64,000 bases of DNA from NCBI GenBank assembly GCA_964252035.1, contig OZ176200.1, one strand, 5' to 3'. The notes under the pieces were generated by a model. That model worked only from the letters and a program-made list of their open reading frames with translations, had not been told where the DNA came from and did not search any database. A program made the position numbers and the translations under genes. This DNA comes from Podarcis erhardii (Eukaryota). Positions 49,211-62,046 of this stretch are shown here, piece after piece. The stretch's first letter is position 1. Every line of letters begins with the position of its first letter.

Positions 49211-51400
49211 TATATGATCAAAGGTATTTTGTCAAAACTTGATAGTCACCCCCCCCCCGGTATATGTCTCAAAAATATATATTCACAAGCTCTTTCTGAA
49301 ATAGTGTGGGATCATTTCGGTGTGGCTGGATCCACCTAGGGCAAGTTAGGTGCCTAATGATCTGAGTGGCCTTTGTTGTGGCACTACCTACATCTGTGTA
49401 TATGAATAAAATGATCTTGTTTAGAGCTGCATATAGATGTTGCAGGTACTTAAAATTACAGTAGATGCTTCTTTTCCATTCCAAATGCTCGGAATTTGGT
49501 GTAACAAAGGCAGCGTTGGCTAGGTTACATTTGGGTGGCCTTGTAACAGCTCACAGCCTGGGCTACAGTTTAGACGAGGAAGTGAATAAACACTCTAGCC
49601 AACTGGAACATGAGGGGAAAGGAAAGGGCCAGTTACGTTTCTTCTGAAGTCAGTGAAAAGGCACATGCTGAGTAATGGAGAGCTGGATGAGTGCCGCTGG
49701 TAGGTAGAATGAGTTGCACAATCTGGAATTCATCTGGAAGCTCGAGGTAATGCTTTAAAACTGTGCAATCCTGCTTCTTGGGCTATGAAGTAAGTAGCTC
49801 AGCTTTTCATGTCATCTGCTAAAACTTCCTGTGGCACAACAATGACTCCTGGGGCTGTTTGTCCACCAGTTCGGTGCTGATTCAGTGCTGGGAATGTTAC
49901 CTTTTGAATCACCAACCACACCCTGGGTAATATTATTTTTTGAGGAGGGCTCTCAGTGAACAGGCATGACTTAGTCTGCTTTGGGAGGAAGATTGCAGAT
50001 TTCCATGCTGCAGAGAAACACTGTGATTGCATTTCCTCTAGGGGTAAAAAAAATAAAATAAAAAATCCAAGCAACACCAAAAATCTGGAGGAGCCTGCAC
50101 CTCTTTCCTTGACTTTTCAAAATGAGGGCATATCTTGTGGCTGGGCGGTGCTGTCATTCGAACTGGCAGGTACAACAGAAACAGAAACAATCCATTAAGG
50201 GTGGGGGGGGGGGGAATAAACCTATTTGGAGAAGATTTTAAAAGTTTCCTGATGGATCAGCATCCTTGAGCTTAAACATTCCCATATGTACACTGACATT
50301 TTAAAATATAAGTCTTGGGGAAAGATAAGGAGGAAATTGTGCAAAATGCAACCTTAAATATTTTGAAGGACAACTTCCTGAACTATGTGGCAGTTGGCGA
50401 GACATCCAGGGGGAAAGGAGCGTTCGGTAAAGCCCAGCAAGTGTATTATACTTCTTTGAGTTGTGTGTGTGTGTGTTTCTTAGCATATATTTACTAATGC
50501 TCCCATACCTATCTGTGCTGGATTTCAATGTGGTTTTTCTTATATTAGTTGACATGTGTTTTGGATCAGTCATCCAGAATGTGGAAGTTTAGCCATCAAG
50601 AAAACACTGTCAAAAGGATTTGTTCTGCAAAGGCAAAACTGAAATTAAAAAATGGAGTTGTATTCACATGAGGATAATGTCTTGCTTAGAGGCTCCTGCA
50701 AACAGGAGCCTGAATCCGGCAGACTATGGAATACTGAGCAACAAAGGCAGAGTTGGGCAGCAATCAGGCAACACCACTGTGACGATTGTTGTGTGACCAC
50801 CACAGCAGAACAATACAGTGCTTGTATTTTGCATAATAGGCGCACCACTGATAGAAGCTGGGCAATAAGACAGAAAGAAGCCACTGACAACAGCCCAGAC
50901 TCCAGCATTTTTAACACACACATCCCTCTATTGTTGGTGGGATACACGAGAATGCCGAGAAGGAAGCCGAACAATTTCCTGTTTCGACTGCCCTGGCATT
51001 TGTCAAGGTGACAAAAAGTTTAATGCTCTCTGACAATTGGGGTCAATATTGCCTGGCTCCAGTAGTTACTCCTCTGGTAATTTAGGCAAACCAAATACAA
51101 ATGGAGCACATTATTCATCTGAAAATAGCACACAGAAACCCATGTGGTCAATTAATACAACTTTATCTACAGTAGCATCAGGGGAGAGACAACATCAAAC
51201 CTCTCACAGATGAGATCATTTATTCTGCCTCATCTTATGGTATCTGCTGCTCTCAATTTTTTTTTGGGGGGGGTTATTGTTTTAAAAACAACAACTTATG
51301 TGCTGGGAATTCCTTTGCTGAAACAAAGTAAAAGTCCTCCTCACAATGACAATTGATAAGGAGCTTTCATGTGCTGGCAAAAGTAGTGCTTTCAAGGATT

Positions 51401-51924
51401 GTTGTTGTGTTGTTGTTTAGTCGTTTAGTTGTGTCCGGCTATTCGTGACCCCATGGACCAGAACACACCAGGCACTCCTGTCTTCCACTGCCTCCCACAG
51501 TTTGGTCAAACTCATGTTGGTAGCTTCGAGGACACTGTCCAACCATCTCGTCATCCCCTTCTCTTTGTGCCCACCATCTTTCCCAACATCAGGGTCTTTT
51601 CCAGGGAGTCTTCTCTTCTCACGAGGTGACCAGAGTATTGGAGTCTCACCTTCATGATCTGTCCTTCCAGTGAACACTCAGGGCTGATTTCCTTAAGAAT
51701 GGATACGTTTGATCTTCTTGCAGTCCATGGGACTCTCAAGAGTCTCCTCCAGCACCATAATTCAAAAGCATCAATTCTTTGGCGATCAGCCTTCTTTATG
51801 GTCCAGCTCTCACTTCCATACATTACTACTGGGAAAACCATAGCTTTAACTATACGGACCTTTGTTGGCAAGATAATGTCTCTGCTTTTTAAGATGCTGT
51901 CTAGGTTTGTCATTGCTTTTCTCC
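51401..51924 (-). mobile_element. BovB (RTE clade) LINE, 5'-truncated 3' end
   Basis: LGRKAMTNLDSILKSRDIILPTKVRIVKAMVFPVVMYGSESWTIKKADRQRIDAFELWCWRRLLRVPWTARRSN is the classic BovB ORF end. (CAA)n tail. 8-bp TSD CAAGGATT at 51393-51400 and 51925-51932. Confidence 0.93.
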
Positions 51925-52327
51925 CAAGGATTAGAAGGCTACAATCTAGTGCCATTGAGCTGTGCTTGGTTTAATGGGCCGTGAATTGTACATGTTCCTG
52001 ATTTTAGGATATGCTAGCAGAATAACTGTTTCCCACCTTCTCCTTTTTCAACAGTAACGCAAGAGGCCACACTTCTTAACTCTGTAAAACTATGTCATAA
52101 TTAGGATTATTTAATGGGGAACCCATCAGTATTCAGCAGGTTGTATCTAACAAAGTCATTGTACAACAGGTGTGTCAACTCTAAGGGGTCAAGGGGTCTT
52201 TGGCTCCCTTGATATTTGATGGAAGGGGGGCAGGCACCCCAGTGTGTTGTATGCTGTGATATTTTTGTTTTCCTATGTTATTATGAAATTGTTTTTGTAG
52301 CTTTTGTTTGAAATGCATCCCTGGGTC

Positions 52328-52632
52328 CAGGGCCAGATTTAGGTTTGATGAGGCCCTAAGCTACTGAAGGTAATGGGGCCCTTTATATGTCCAGCTGTCC
52401 TTTGTCAACAACAAATTGTCACTGTTTTTGTGTTGAATATGTGCTATATGGTAATTTATGGACCTAAAAGGTATGTAAAGCCATTTGCACATAACAAAAT
52501 ATGTATTTTATCAAAGTAATTGTTGAACTGAAATACAATTAAGAAGAAGTACATTAACAGTGATTTTTTGGGGGGGCAGAAAGTGGGGCCCTAAGCTATA
52601 GCTTGTTTAGCTTATACATAAATCCAGTACTG
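52328..52632 (+). mobile_element. 305-bp non-autonomous hAT element
   Basis: Perfect 8-bp TSD CCTGGGTC (52320-52327, 52633-52640); imperfect TIR CAGGGCCAGATTTA / CAGTACTGGATTTA (10/14). Confidence 0.88.
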
Positions 52633-52931
52633 CCTGGGTCTTTGTTGTAAGACACTTTGAACATGATTTTTTGTGTGGGAAAGCAGCATACAAATTGAAT
52701 GAATGAATGAAAAAGTGAGTGTCAACAACAAATCCAAGGTACAACAGGAAGGGGAAAATGTAACCTCTGCCACATATGAATATTCATTAAAAGATTTGAC
52801 TTGGGCCATAGCTATACAGTGGCTTTTTCAGAGTGGGGTGGTCAGGAATATCTTTGCTGAACCATGCCCAAAGCAAAAGATTATAAGCTGACTGGAAATA
52901 TCTTCCTTGGCATTATTCTAACTATCTTAAC

Positions 52932-53018
52932 CAGGCATAGGCAAACTCGGCTAACAGGACAGGGATGATGGGAGTTGTAGTCCCAAAATATCTGGAGGGC
53001 CGAGTTTGCCTATGCCTG
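52932..53018. mobile_element. 87-bp internally deleted palindromic hAT-type MITE
   Basis: Perfect 20-bp TIR CAGGCATAGGCAAACTCGGC; perfect 8-bp TSD ATCTTAAC (52924-52931, 53019-53026). Confidence 0.9.
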
Positions 53019-53609
53019 ATCTTAACAAAATATTAGCTACCTTTACAGCACGATACCATTCCTTGACTCACAAGGAGTAGGAGTAGGAGTAGGAATGGGG
53101 TAGGAACTTGTACTTCCCCAAATGATACATGGACCCAAAGCACAAATACCCTTCAAAATTTGCACTTCTTCAAATTTTGGGACTACCAACCCAAACATGT
53201 GCACAAAATGCATATATGGGGGGAGGGAGGTAATGTGCATAAACATGCATACGTATGGGAAGATAGAATAAAGATTGCACTAAATTATGTAAAATTATAT
53301 ACAAAGATTGATGCATTTGGAGAAATGAGACTTAAGTGCTGATGAATTGTTATGAGAACACATTTGAAAAAATGATTCACAAACTCGTGTGCCTATGTAG
53401 TGAACTGAACTAGAAGAAAAAAGAGAAACTGAGGAAAACTAAAATGGCACATTTATCCATCCCTACCTTGTAGTAGCGATGAGGGAAAAGTTACAGTCAG
53501 TTTGCATTTAAAGGAGAACCTGCTTAATTTGTACTTTATGAAACAGTATGTGTTTCTTATATGCACAGGAAGGCATATACTAGGGGGGAGTGTGCAGAAG
53601 AATGCATGT

Positions 53610-53872
53610 GCTAGTGAAATGACCATCCACAAATGCACTATATTAGAGGAAATTGCTTTGCCAAAATGTGTTTATTAGGCAAAATGGCATATAAAAATGT
53701 GTATATCAGGAAAAAAATTGCACTAAAATGCTGACGAATTTTCATAAGGATTGTTTGGTTTTTAAATAATAACAATGAGCTCTTATGGAAATGTGGAGAA
53801 ACAAACTTAAGGTTGGAAAAACGGGAAACCAAGAAAAACTGAAATTGAAGGATTTGCCCATGTCTACTTAGC
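53610..53872. repeat. Unclassified squamate interspersed repeat (same family as 17606-18035)
   Basis: Shared GCACTAAAATGCTGA..AATTTTCAT.AGGATT block. Confidence 0.5.
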
Positions 53873-55250
53873 AGTGAGATCTTGTAAGGAGTGAATTTTT
53901 GCATAATAATTTCCTTCAACATTCAATATGCCCCCAAACTGAGAGACTGTTTCTGTAAATCCATATTAAAATAACAGATAATAACACTTTCTGCCATGCT
54001 TTAATCCCTCTAACATTGGACAAAGACAACACTGAAAGGATGGATTTCTCCATAAAGTGAGGTAACACTAAGAAATGTTGACAGATAATTCTACGAGACA
54101 AGAAACACAGAGGTGAAGCTGTACTTTGTGAATTAATTAATGTAGAATCTGAAATTGATACTAAATACCCCTTTCCCAAATCAATGTTAGATTGAGTAAA
54201 GGAGGTATCCTGACTATAAATGTGAAACAAGAAAGATACCAGTATTCACACACATTTCTCAAGGAGAAAACATTGAAAGTTCATGGAAGTGGATGAAACT
54301 AGCAAGGATTTAGAACTAATTGATCCTGAACAGGACTGTTTGTTTGCTAAATGTTCAGAGCAGCTTGTGATGAACTGAAATTTACAGTGAAGAATTTATA
54401 ACAAGCAGGAGGGAAAATAGCTCCATTGTTTATATTGCTTTTGTAATCTAGATCATTTGTGCTTTCTCTTGGAATAGATTTCATTTGGGATAAGCTACAT
54501 GGGCAACAGACCTTCTGAGTCTTCCTCCTTCCACAAGCAGCCCCTTATGCCCCTGGACAAGTTCATCAAATATGGAAAAACTTAAAAAGAGGATTCAATG
54601 CAGTAGCAGGACCTGATTTGGGGGTAAAGGCAAGGATCTCCATAGCACAGGAACATAACCTTCCATGTGCCCAAAGGGGCTCTTTGGTTTGCAGTTGCTG
54701 GTTGAGTGCAACTCCAGCATTATTCCTGATCCGGCACTGCTGAAAGTGACAGATAATGGATGATTTTCAACTAAATAGTTGTGCATGTGGAACGAGTTCT
54801 GCTTGCGCATCAGGACTTCCTCCCCCTGTGACGTTCCCAAATCTGCCTCAAGGGGATTGGGGGAACCCCAGAACTGATTTAGGGGACACACAGTGAGAGG
54901 AGAGGAGGCAAACATACCATTGCTCAAGGAGAAATCCTTGCACTGATAGAATGTTCCCCTTAGCACTACTAGGAATACAAGCCAATGTGCATTCCTGCAG
55001 AGGGAGGTGGTCGGTTTTCTGATGGCAGCCACCCTAATGAAGGCGGCAGAGCTGTGAAAGTCACAGATTTTCAGTGCTGGATTGGTTTACCAGAATTTGG
55101 AGAGTTGTGCTGGCTGACTCACCATGGGAGGCTGATATGGTGGCGTTACAAAGCATGGTGATTTCATGGAAACATGGCTCCCCTTTTATAGGTCTAACTT
55201 ATATGAGAATAATTGTGGAAACTTCATATTGTTTTGCTATTGTATCATTC

Positions 55251-55251
<1 letters not shown>

Positions 55252-55281
<30 letters not shown>

Positions 55282-55292
55282 CACACACACAC
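55252..55292 (+). repeat. Compound (AT)n/(AC)n microsatellite
   Basis: Direct reading. Confidence 0.95.
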
Positions 55293-56994
55293 ATGAATCT
55301 TGCAATGTCAAGAAGTTGAAATATGTGATCCAATGGATCTCTCTCTTTTCTAATTTCTAATTTTTCTTTCTCCTCTAATAGGAGAGGTTTGTTTTTCTTT
55401 GTGCACAACTTGGATAACTGCCCACGTTAAAATATAAACAGCAAGGGTTTATTTTGCGGATGTTCTCCAGCTTAGCAGAGAAGTCTTGAAAGCAAACAAA
55501 ATACTGTGAGAAACTAGAGGACGATCTGGCCTGGCCCACTCATTACCGTTGGAATGTGGAAACTATGAAGACATCTATTTTATTACTAGGGGTGGAAAGC
55601 ATATTCACTGAGTGGGCTGAAGCACAACTTTATATATATGACAGGCAGTAGTTTTAAAAACTGCAAAATGTGGGTGTAACTATGGGATTCAGTACAACTG
55701 GCCTTTTAGCCCTCACTTGAGATTGGTACAGCCAGCCCAAGAGGGAAATGAGGTTTGGAAAGGAGAGTGTGCATTTAATTATACGCCGAGAACATATTGG
55801 AGTTGGCACTCCAAGAAAGGCTCTGAAGTATATTTTTTGTCACGATTAGTTGCCCCCCTCGTTGCTGTGTTTGATTACTTTTGGGAGATGAAATGTTAGA
55901 ACCTTAACATACACTGATGTACAAATTGTGATCTGTCAGGTAGGGTGCCCATATTCTTAAAATAATAATAATAAAAGAACCAAATCTCACACAGTGCTGA
56001 GAGAATAAACCAGTCTCATGTCGGAAAGCTGAAAACATCTTCTCTTGTTTGCTCAGGGATTTTATTCTTCACAGAGAGTCTTTTTAAAAATTCAAATCCA
56101 AGTTATTCTGTCTCTGCTGAAAGCCACACAAAGCTAGCTTGACACCTCTCCTTGATTTCAAGGGTATCCCAGCCAAATTTTTATATATTTTTATCTTTGG
56201 TCCTTTATTCCCAATCTGATTATGCAAACATGAGTATCAGGGAACAAGGGGAAGATTCTAATTTTAAATCCCAAAGTGTTAGATATATTTAGAATATTTT
56301 TTCAGTTATTATATTTATTCTGAGATCTTATTTTGTGCATGTGAAGGTTTCGGTTGCTCCACTTAACGAAATGAAATGCAGCCAAGTGGGGAAGGTGAAT
56401 AGTTCTCTGTTGAGCCTATATGTTTCCTTGAATGATTTTTCTACTCCTACCTGAGCATTCTGAGCATTATTGCACAGTAGGACTCCCAAAGGATTATGGC
56501 CTAAAGCAGGTGTGGCCAACAGGGAGTGAGCTTAAATGTGACCCATGATGCAAGGCCATCTGGCCCCCTATTGGCCTTGCCAAATGCTAAGTAAAGAATG
56601 GTAAAGTTTTTGTGTATGGTTGCCCTTATAAGGAAAAAGAACATTGGCATGTAGCACCATACATTGAAAGCACATTTAGTGCACAACTAAAGAACATGCT
56701 TCCCTGCAAAGAATCCTGGGAACTGTTGTTTGTCCAGGGGTGATAGGAATGGTAGCACTGAGACCTAAACTCTCTAGATTCTAAGGAACCCAGCCATAGA
56801 AAAGTTAGATTGGCTCCCTCCTTGTTCTTCTGACGGCAGGTGAAGACTTTCTTGTTCCAACAGACTTTGGGAAACTGACTGCTTTTAATGAAAGGGCTGG
56901 GGCTGTGCTTTTTTTATCGTAATCATCCATATGGTTTTAACAGATTGTGTGTGTTTAAATGCTTTTCAATGGGTTTCCTCCCATGTTTTCAGCT

Positions 56995-57075
56995 GTTCTT
57001 ATTTTTAATCTGTAAGCCGCCTTGAGTCCCTGTCAGGGGAAAATGTGGGGTATAAATTGATAAACAACAACAAAC
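56995..57075 (+). mobile_element. L2-type 3' tail fragment
   Basis: TGTAAGCCGCCTTGAGTCCC...GGTATAAAT followed by (CAA)-like tail. Confidence 0.55.
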
Positions 57076-59819
57076 AGTACTTCCCAGGATCAATTTGAGG
57101 GAAGCCATTTTATTAAAATGTGCTTTAAGTGTATGCTGTGAAAATTCATGGAAGAAATGTCCCCCGTAACTTCCTCCCCTCGCCAACAGCCTCACCCACC
57201 CAAATCCTATGGGGAGGGCTGGGTCCCTCCTGAACAATGTGGTATGGGGTGTAGGGAATGGAAAATTGTCCAGACTTTAGGTACTTGGGGTTGTTCAGGC
57301 ATTTGGTACGCAGGCCAATAGCAACACAATAGCTCTGCCTGACCTATGCTACCCTGTGCATCAGCATCACAACCCCAGGGGACATGTGGTCAACCTCAAC
57401 CTGAATGCAATCGATTTTTTGCAGGTAGGGTTTCCAACATGAGGATGGGATGGGATGGGATGGACAATCTGCTGCAGCGCCCCCTAGCTGGCACCGCCTC
57501 TGGACTTGGTAGCTTGAGCCACTGTCAGTAAATTGCAGGGACCTGCTGAGTACTCCTGGGAGCATCTCAAGAGACCACCAAGGATCTGAATCAGGTCCTG
57601 GTCTCATTTGTGCTTGCAGGTAGCATTGCCTTCTGCGCTGGGAAGCAGCCACTCTGTCACTGGGGAGCAGGGGAATTGAAGGAACGTCAAAAGTCAAATG
57701 GAACAGAATTGGATGGTTCTGTGTGGTTGTAACTAGCAGGCTTATTCTATTATGTGCAAAATAGGCTAAAGTTCATGACAGCAGCCTACATGGTTGATTT
57801 AAACTGAAATAGCCATCCTTTGTCATATTATTAAGATGTTATGCAGCCACTTATACTCACCTTAGAACTATTGCTATCTGGCAAGTCAGGCATTTTGTCT
57901 ATATGATACTATTATAAATTTTCACACAAAATTGGTATAACCAAGGATTTGTAGCAGCAATATATGATAAGGCCATTAAAAAAAAAAAAAATCTATTCCT
58001 TATTTAGAAGGCCATCATGAGAACTTGAGGGACTAGCATCTTTGTAACTAGGCGCACACATTCATCTCCCCCACTTGTCAAACCGTGAGTTCATTTGCCC
58101 TGTTATTACAGCAGTGATTGCAATCTTAGCAAATCTCAGAGTCCACCAAAGGGAAAGAGTTAAGCTGCTTCTCCTCTCCTCTCCTCTCCTAGTTGGCAGA
58201 AAGTTTGCAGTTTAAAATTACACACTGACTCTGGTGTAGAGACACAAGAAATTATAGAGCAGACACTGTCCAGGACAACATATAATTTAAAACGTACTAA
58301 AGAATGTATACCGCATGGCAAAATAAGTGAAGTGCTTCTTCAAATATAAGTGTTTTGGATAGAAAAGCTGTAATTATCCACTCCTAGGGAAATGTTTGCA
58401 TTCATTCTAAATCAATATTTACTATTCATCTCTTGTGTTCAACAAAACAAGGATTTAACTTTTTTTTAATTTTAATGAGGTACTAAGACTACAATAATTC
58501 TACAATGTAATTGTCTTGATGCAAAATATTGCTAAATTGTGTTGCTATTCTGGGAAGGAGCCATTTATACAAAGGAAAAACGGGGGAGTGGGGGGCATCC
58601 CTATTTGTGAAATGTTACTGCAGTAACATACAATTCAAATTCAGCCAAGCAGGAAGATTCACCAAATTCAAGAGCTGTTAAGCTGTCTCTCTGTTAAGGC
58701 CCTTAACTGGGATCAGTCGGGTGTGAGTCTTCCGCCTCCCGCCCTACTCAAAATATGGACCTCTTCGTAATGATGCCTTTTCAGTTGAAGTTTCGACAAC
58801 AAGGCGAGGAGAGGGGATTATTCCCCCCCCCCCCGGTTTTACGAGGTTTATTTTATTTATTTATTTTAGCAACAACTCCCCTTCCCCTCCCCACACTGTT
58901 TTTTCCTTAGCTTCAGATAAAACAGCCATAAGCAATTAATGTTAATAGAGGCAGATTCTGCTTTTAACCGCCATAGAGAAAATCCAAAGCAATTCCAATG
59001 AGACTTATGGAACTGCTAAGATTTGATAATAAGATATACCATTTTTTACAGTCAGTGCTTTCATTTTGCAAAGAAGTTGGCTGTCGCCCAATAGCTGCTC
59101 AGCCTTTCCCTCCCAACATCCACAAGAAACATATTATGTGGAATGGATCAGAGCTTCGCTTTCAAGTCAGATGATTCCCAGACTTAATGAGGCCATTGCC
59201 GGGTTCTCAAAGAGTGACGGACAACTTCGCTTCCAAATCTTCCCCAATCCCCAAAGCACGGCCTCTGCCAGCCCCACCCCATTCTCCCTCCTCCATTTCC
59301 CATTGGTTGGTTGGATACAAATTATTATTGTTTCTTATATGGTCTGGTTTTCTCACCAGCCCTTCACCACAAGGTCCCAGGGTGGGTTACAGCAATATAA
59401 AATTAGAATATTAAAATCATTTAAAATAATTTACAGCCAGAAGAATAGGGTGAGTTATAGGTAGGTAGGTAGATTGTAGTGAAAGCATCAAATAACACCT
59501 CAGACCATTCTGTTCTAGACCCAGTAGGGTTCTGTTAATTACTAAACCAATATGTTTATTACAGTGACTAACAAAATAGAAATTCTAATTTATTGTAGTA
59601 AAATGTTTTGGCTTCTGCCTTCACTGGTTTCTCTGGAAAAATGATGCTCTGGAAAAAAGATGTGCCTCTGTGGGGAGGGAATGCCACAATTTAATGTGAA
59701 ACAGAAAAGAATTCTGAGGCTTTAAAAGCACACCTTTAATATGAGGTGGCCATTAAAGAGCCCTTGGTGTTTCTTTGCCGATATTGGCTCAAGAGAACTT
59801 CAATGGCACCCCAAAGTAA

Positions 59820-60050
59820 TCTTATTCATTTATGTACTTCATTTCAATCCCACCTTTTCCTCCAAGGAGCTCAAGGGGGTGTGTACATGGTTCTCTCACT
59901 CCTCACTGAATCCCCACAACAACCCTGTGAGGTAGAGGCTGGGCTGCGAGACAGTGACTGGCCCAAGGACACCCAGTGAGCTTCATAACTGAGTGAGGAT
60001 TTGAACCCTGGTCATAATCCAACACTCTAACCACTCTAACACTGGTTTCT
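59820..60050 (-). mobile_element. Older MIR/Squam3-like CORE-SINE
   Basis: CCCCACAACAACCCTGTGAGGTAG...GTGACTGGCCCAAGGACACCCAGTGAGCTTCAT...GGATTTGAACCCTGG...CTCTAACCAC. Confidence 0.75.
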
Positions 60051-60055
60051 TCAAG

Positions 60056-60109
60056 GAAGAAGAAGAAGAAGAAGAAGAAGAAGAAGAAGAAGAAGAAGAA
60101 GAAGAAGAA
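60056..60109 (+). repeat. (GAA)18 microsatellite
   Basis: Direct reading; followed by GACGAC. Confidence 0.97.
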
Positions 60110-60665
60110 GACGACTTTAGCAACAGTGAAAGGCAGCTTCAGAGTGATCTGTGTCTAAAAACGGGTCTACCTAATTTTGGTCTATTTAAAAAAGCTTGTC
60201 TCCAGGCCACTTGCATGCCAAGCTCCAATGAGATGGAAATGAAAATGGTTGTGATACAAAACCTTCAAAAAAAGGTTTTAAAGTGGAACCGGTAATTGGC
60301 CCTTAACTACCACTGGCTCAGAAATATAATACTGTAACTCCAGAAAGTTGGGCAGTTAGGAGCACATCTTTGATTTTAACCTTACGTTGGCAGGCTAACA
60401 CCTCGCCACAAAGCCAAGTAATGTTTATACTTGAATATTTTTTCCCCTGCAACATGGAAAGGAGAAAAGACTTCCAGGAGAAAAATAAAACACCGTAGTT
60501 CACAAGTTTTCTACCTTCATATGTTTTCTGCTTCTTTTCTGTACTCACCTGGCTTCATGAGGATGCATGAGAAGAAATCCCAAAAGTATGTGATTGAAGG
60601 AGAACAGCAGTTTGAGCTTTTAGTCTCTTGAATGAAGGAGGCAGCTTGAAACAGCTAAGTCCCCA

Positions 60666-60800
60666 CTAGGGGTGGCTAGCCTGTGGTCCTCCAGATGTGG
60701 CAGAACTACAGTTCCCCCCACCCCTGATCATTGGCCATACTGGCTGGGGCTCATGGTTCTAGTTCAGGAACATCTGGAGGCCCAGATTGAGTTCCCCCAT
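60666..60800. mobile_element. Degenerate palindromic hAT-type MITE
   Basis: CCTCCAGATG...CATCTGGAGG inverted arms. Related copies at about 13780-13860, 14540-14650, 37370-37560, 41385-41510 and 61438-61580. Confidence 0.65.
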
Positions 60801-62010
60801 CTCTTATGTATGCAATCCATGGGTTGTAAAGGGGCAGTTTAGACTTACAGGGCAGGATTTAGGGACTAGGCTGTGGGATCTTGTGCAATGACTCCGAGCC
60901 CAGTGCTGTATCTTCCCACTATCTTCCACAAAACCTCCCTTTTCCATATATCCATGCATTCTCTGAACCTGATGGCTCTGTGTGAACATTACTAACTTGA
61001 ATTACAGTGAAACGTAGGGCCCATCTGCACTATATATTTAAAGCACTAGATGTTTTAAAAGGTATTATTCCCAGAGTAGTTTAACATCCAGTCCCTCTTC
61101 CCAGGGAACACTGGGAACTGTAGTTCTATGAGAGTTAATTGGAACCAACTGACTGGTCTCAGTACCTTCAACAAATTACAGTTCCTCGGATTCTTTGAGG
61201 GAAACCATGACTACTTAAAGTGGTGTGTGTGTGTGTGTGTGTAGTGCAGATAGGGCCTGAGTATGCTCCTTAGTTCACTTTGAGTACTCCATTTTAATCA
61301 GGGATCACAACGGGAGCTTAAGTGCATATATGGTTCCATTTTTACCTGGGTTGGCAGTGCCTTAAGGGAGAGGGGCTCAGGTTTGTACAATGAGAGGATG
61401 CTAATGAGCCTGTGTAGCCTGCCAGCAACTCTTAAGCCAGGAGTAGGCAATGTGGTGTTCTCCAGCCGTTTCTGGGCTATGAGTCCCAACATTCCTGACC
61501 ATTGGTAATGCTTGGTGGGGCTGATGGGAGCTGGAGTCCAATGTGATCTGGAGGACAGCACCATGTTGGCTACCCCACTCTTAAATTCTAGTTTCATTGG
61601 AAGGTAAGTACAAAAACAAATGTCCATTGCTTTCTTTACTTTCCAGATTTAGTACTGGTCTTGGTCATTTATGGCTTGTGGGGAGATGTCCATTCCCAAG
61701 GAAAGTCTCTGTTCATTGAGGGGTCCTTGGTGAGCAACCAGTGGGATCCACCACCATCCTGGCCATTTTGGGGGCTGAGCCTTCACTTATAGATGTCAGT
61801 GAAGACTGTTCCTCCTGGCTTGCATGGGGGAAAAGAAGTGCAGTCTCAAAAACAGATGTCAGTGTTGGAGGAGGAGCCTGCAAAAACCTCATCGTCCCAA
61901 GAATCTTTGGCAGGAAAGAATTTAGCAATCCTATGTCATATTACTCATGGAGCTTGTCTGGCCAAGTGCTCAAACTGTTAAGCACTACAGAGAATTAAGT
62001 TCTACCACTA

Positions 62011-62011
<1 letters not shown>

Positions 62012-62043
<32 letters not shown>
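62012..62043 (+). repeat. (TTAC)8 microsatellite
   Basis: Direct reading. Confidence 0.95.
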
Positions 62044-62046
<3 letters not shown>

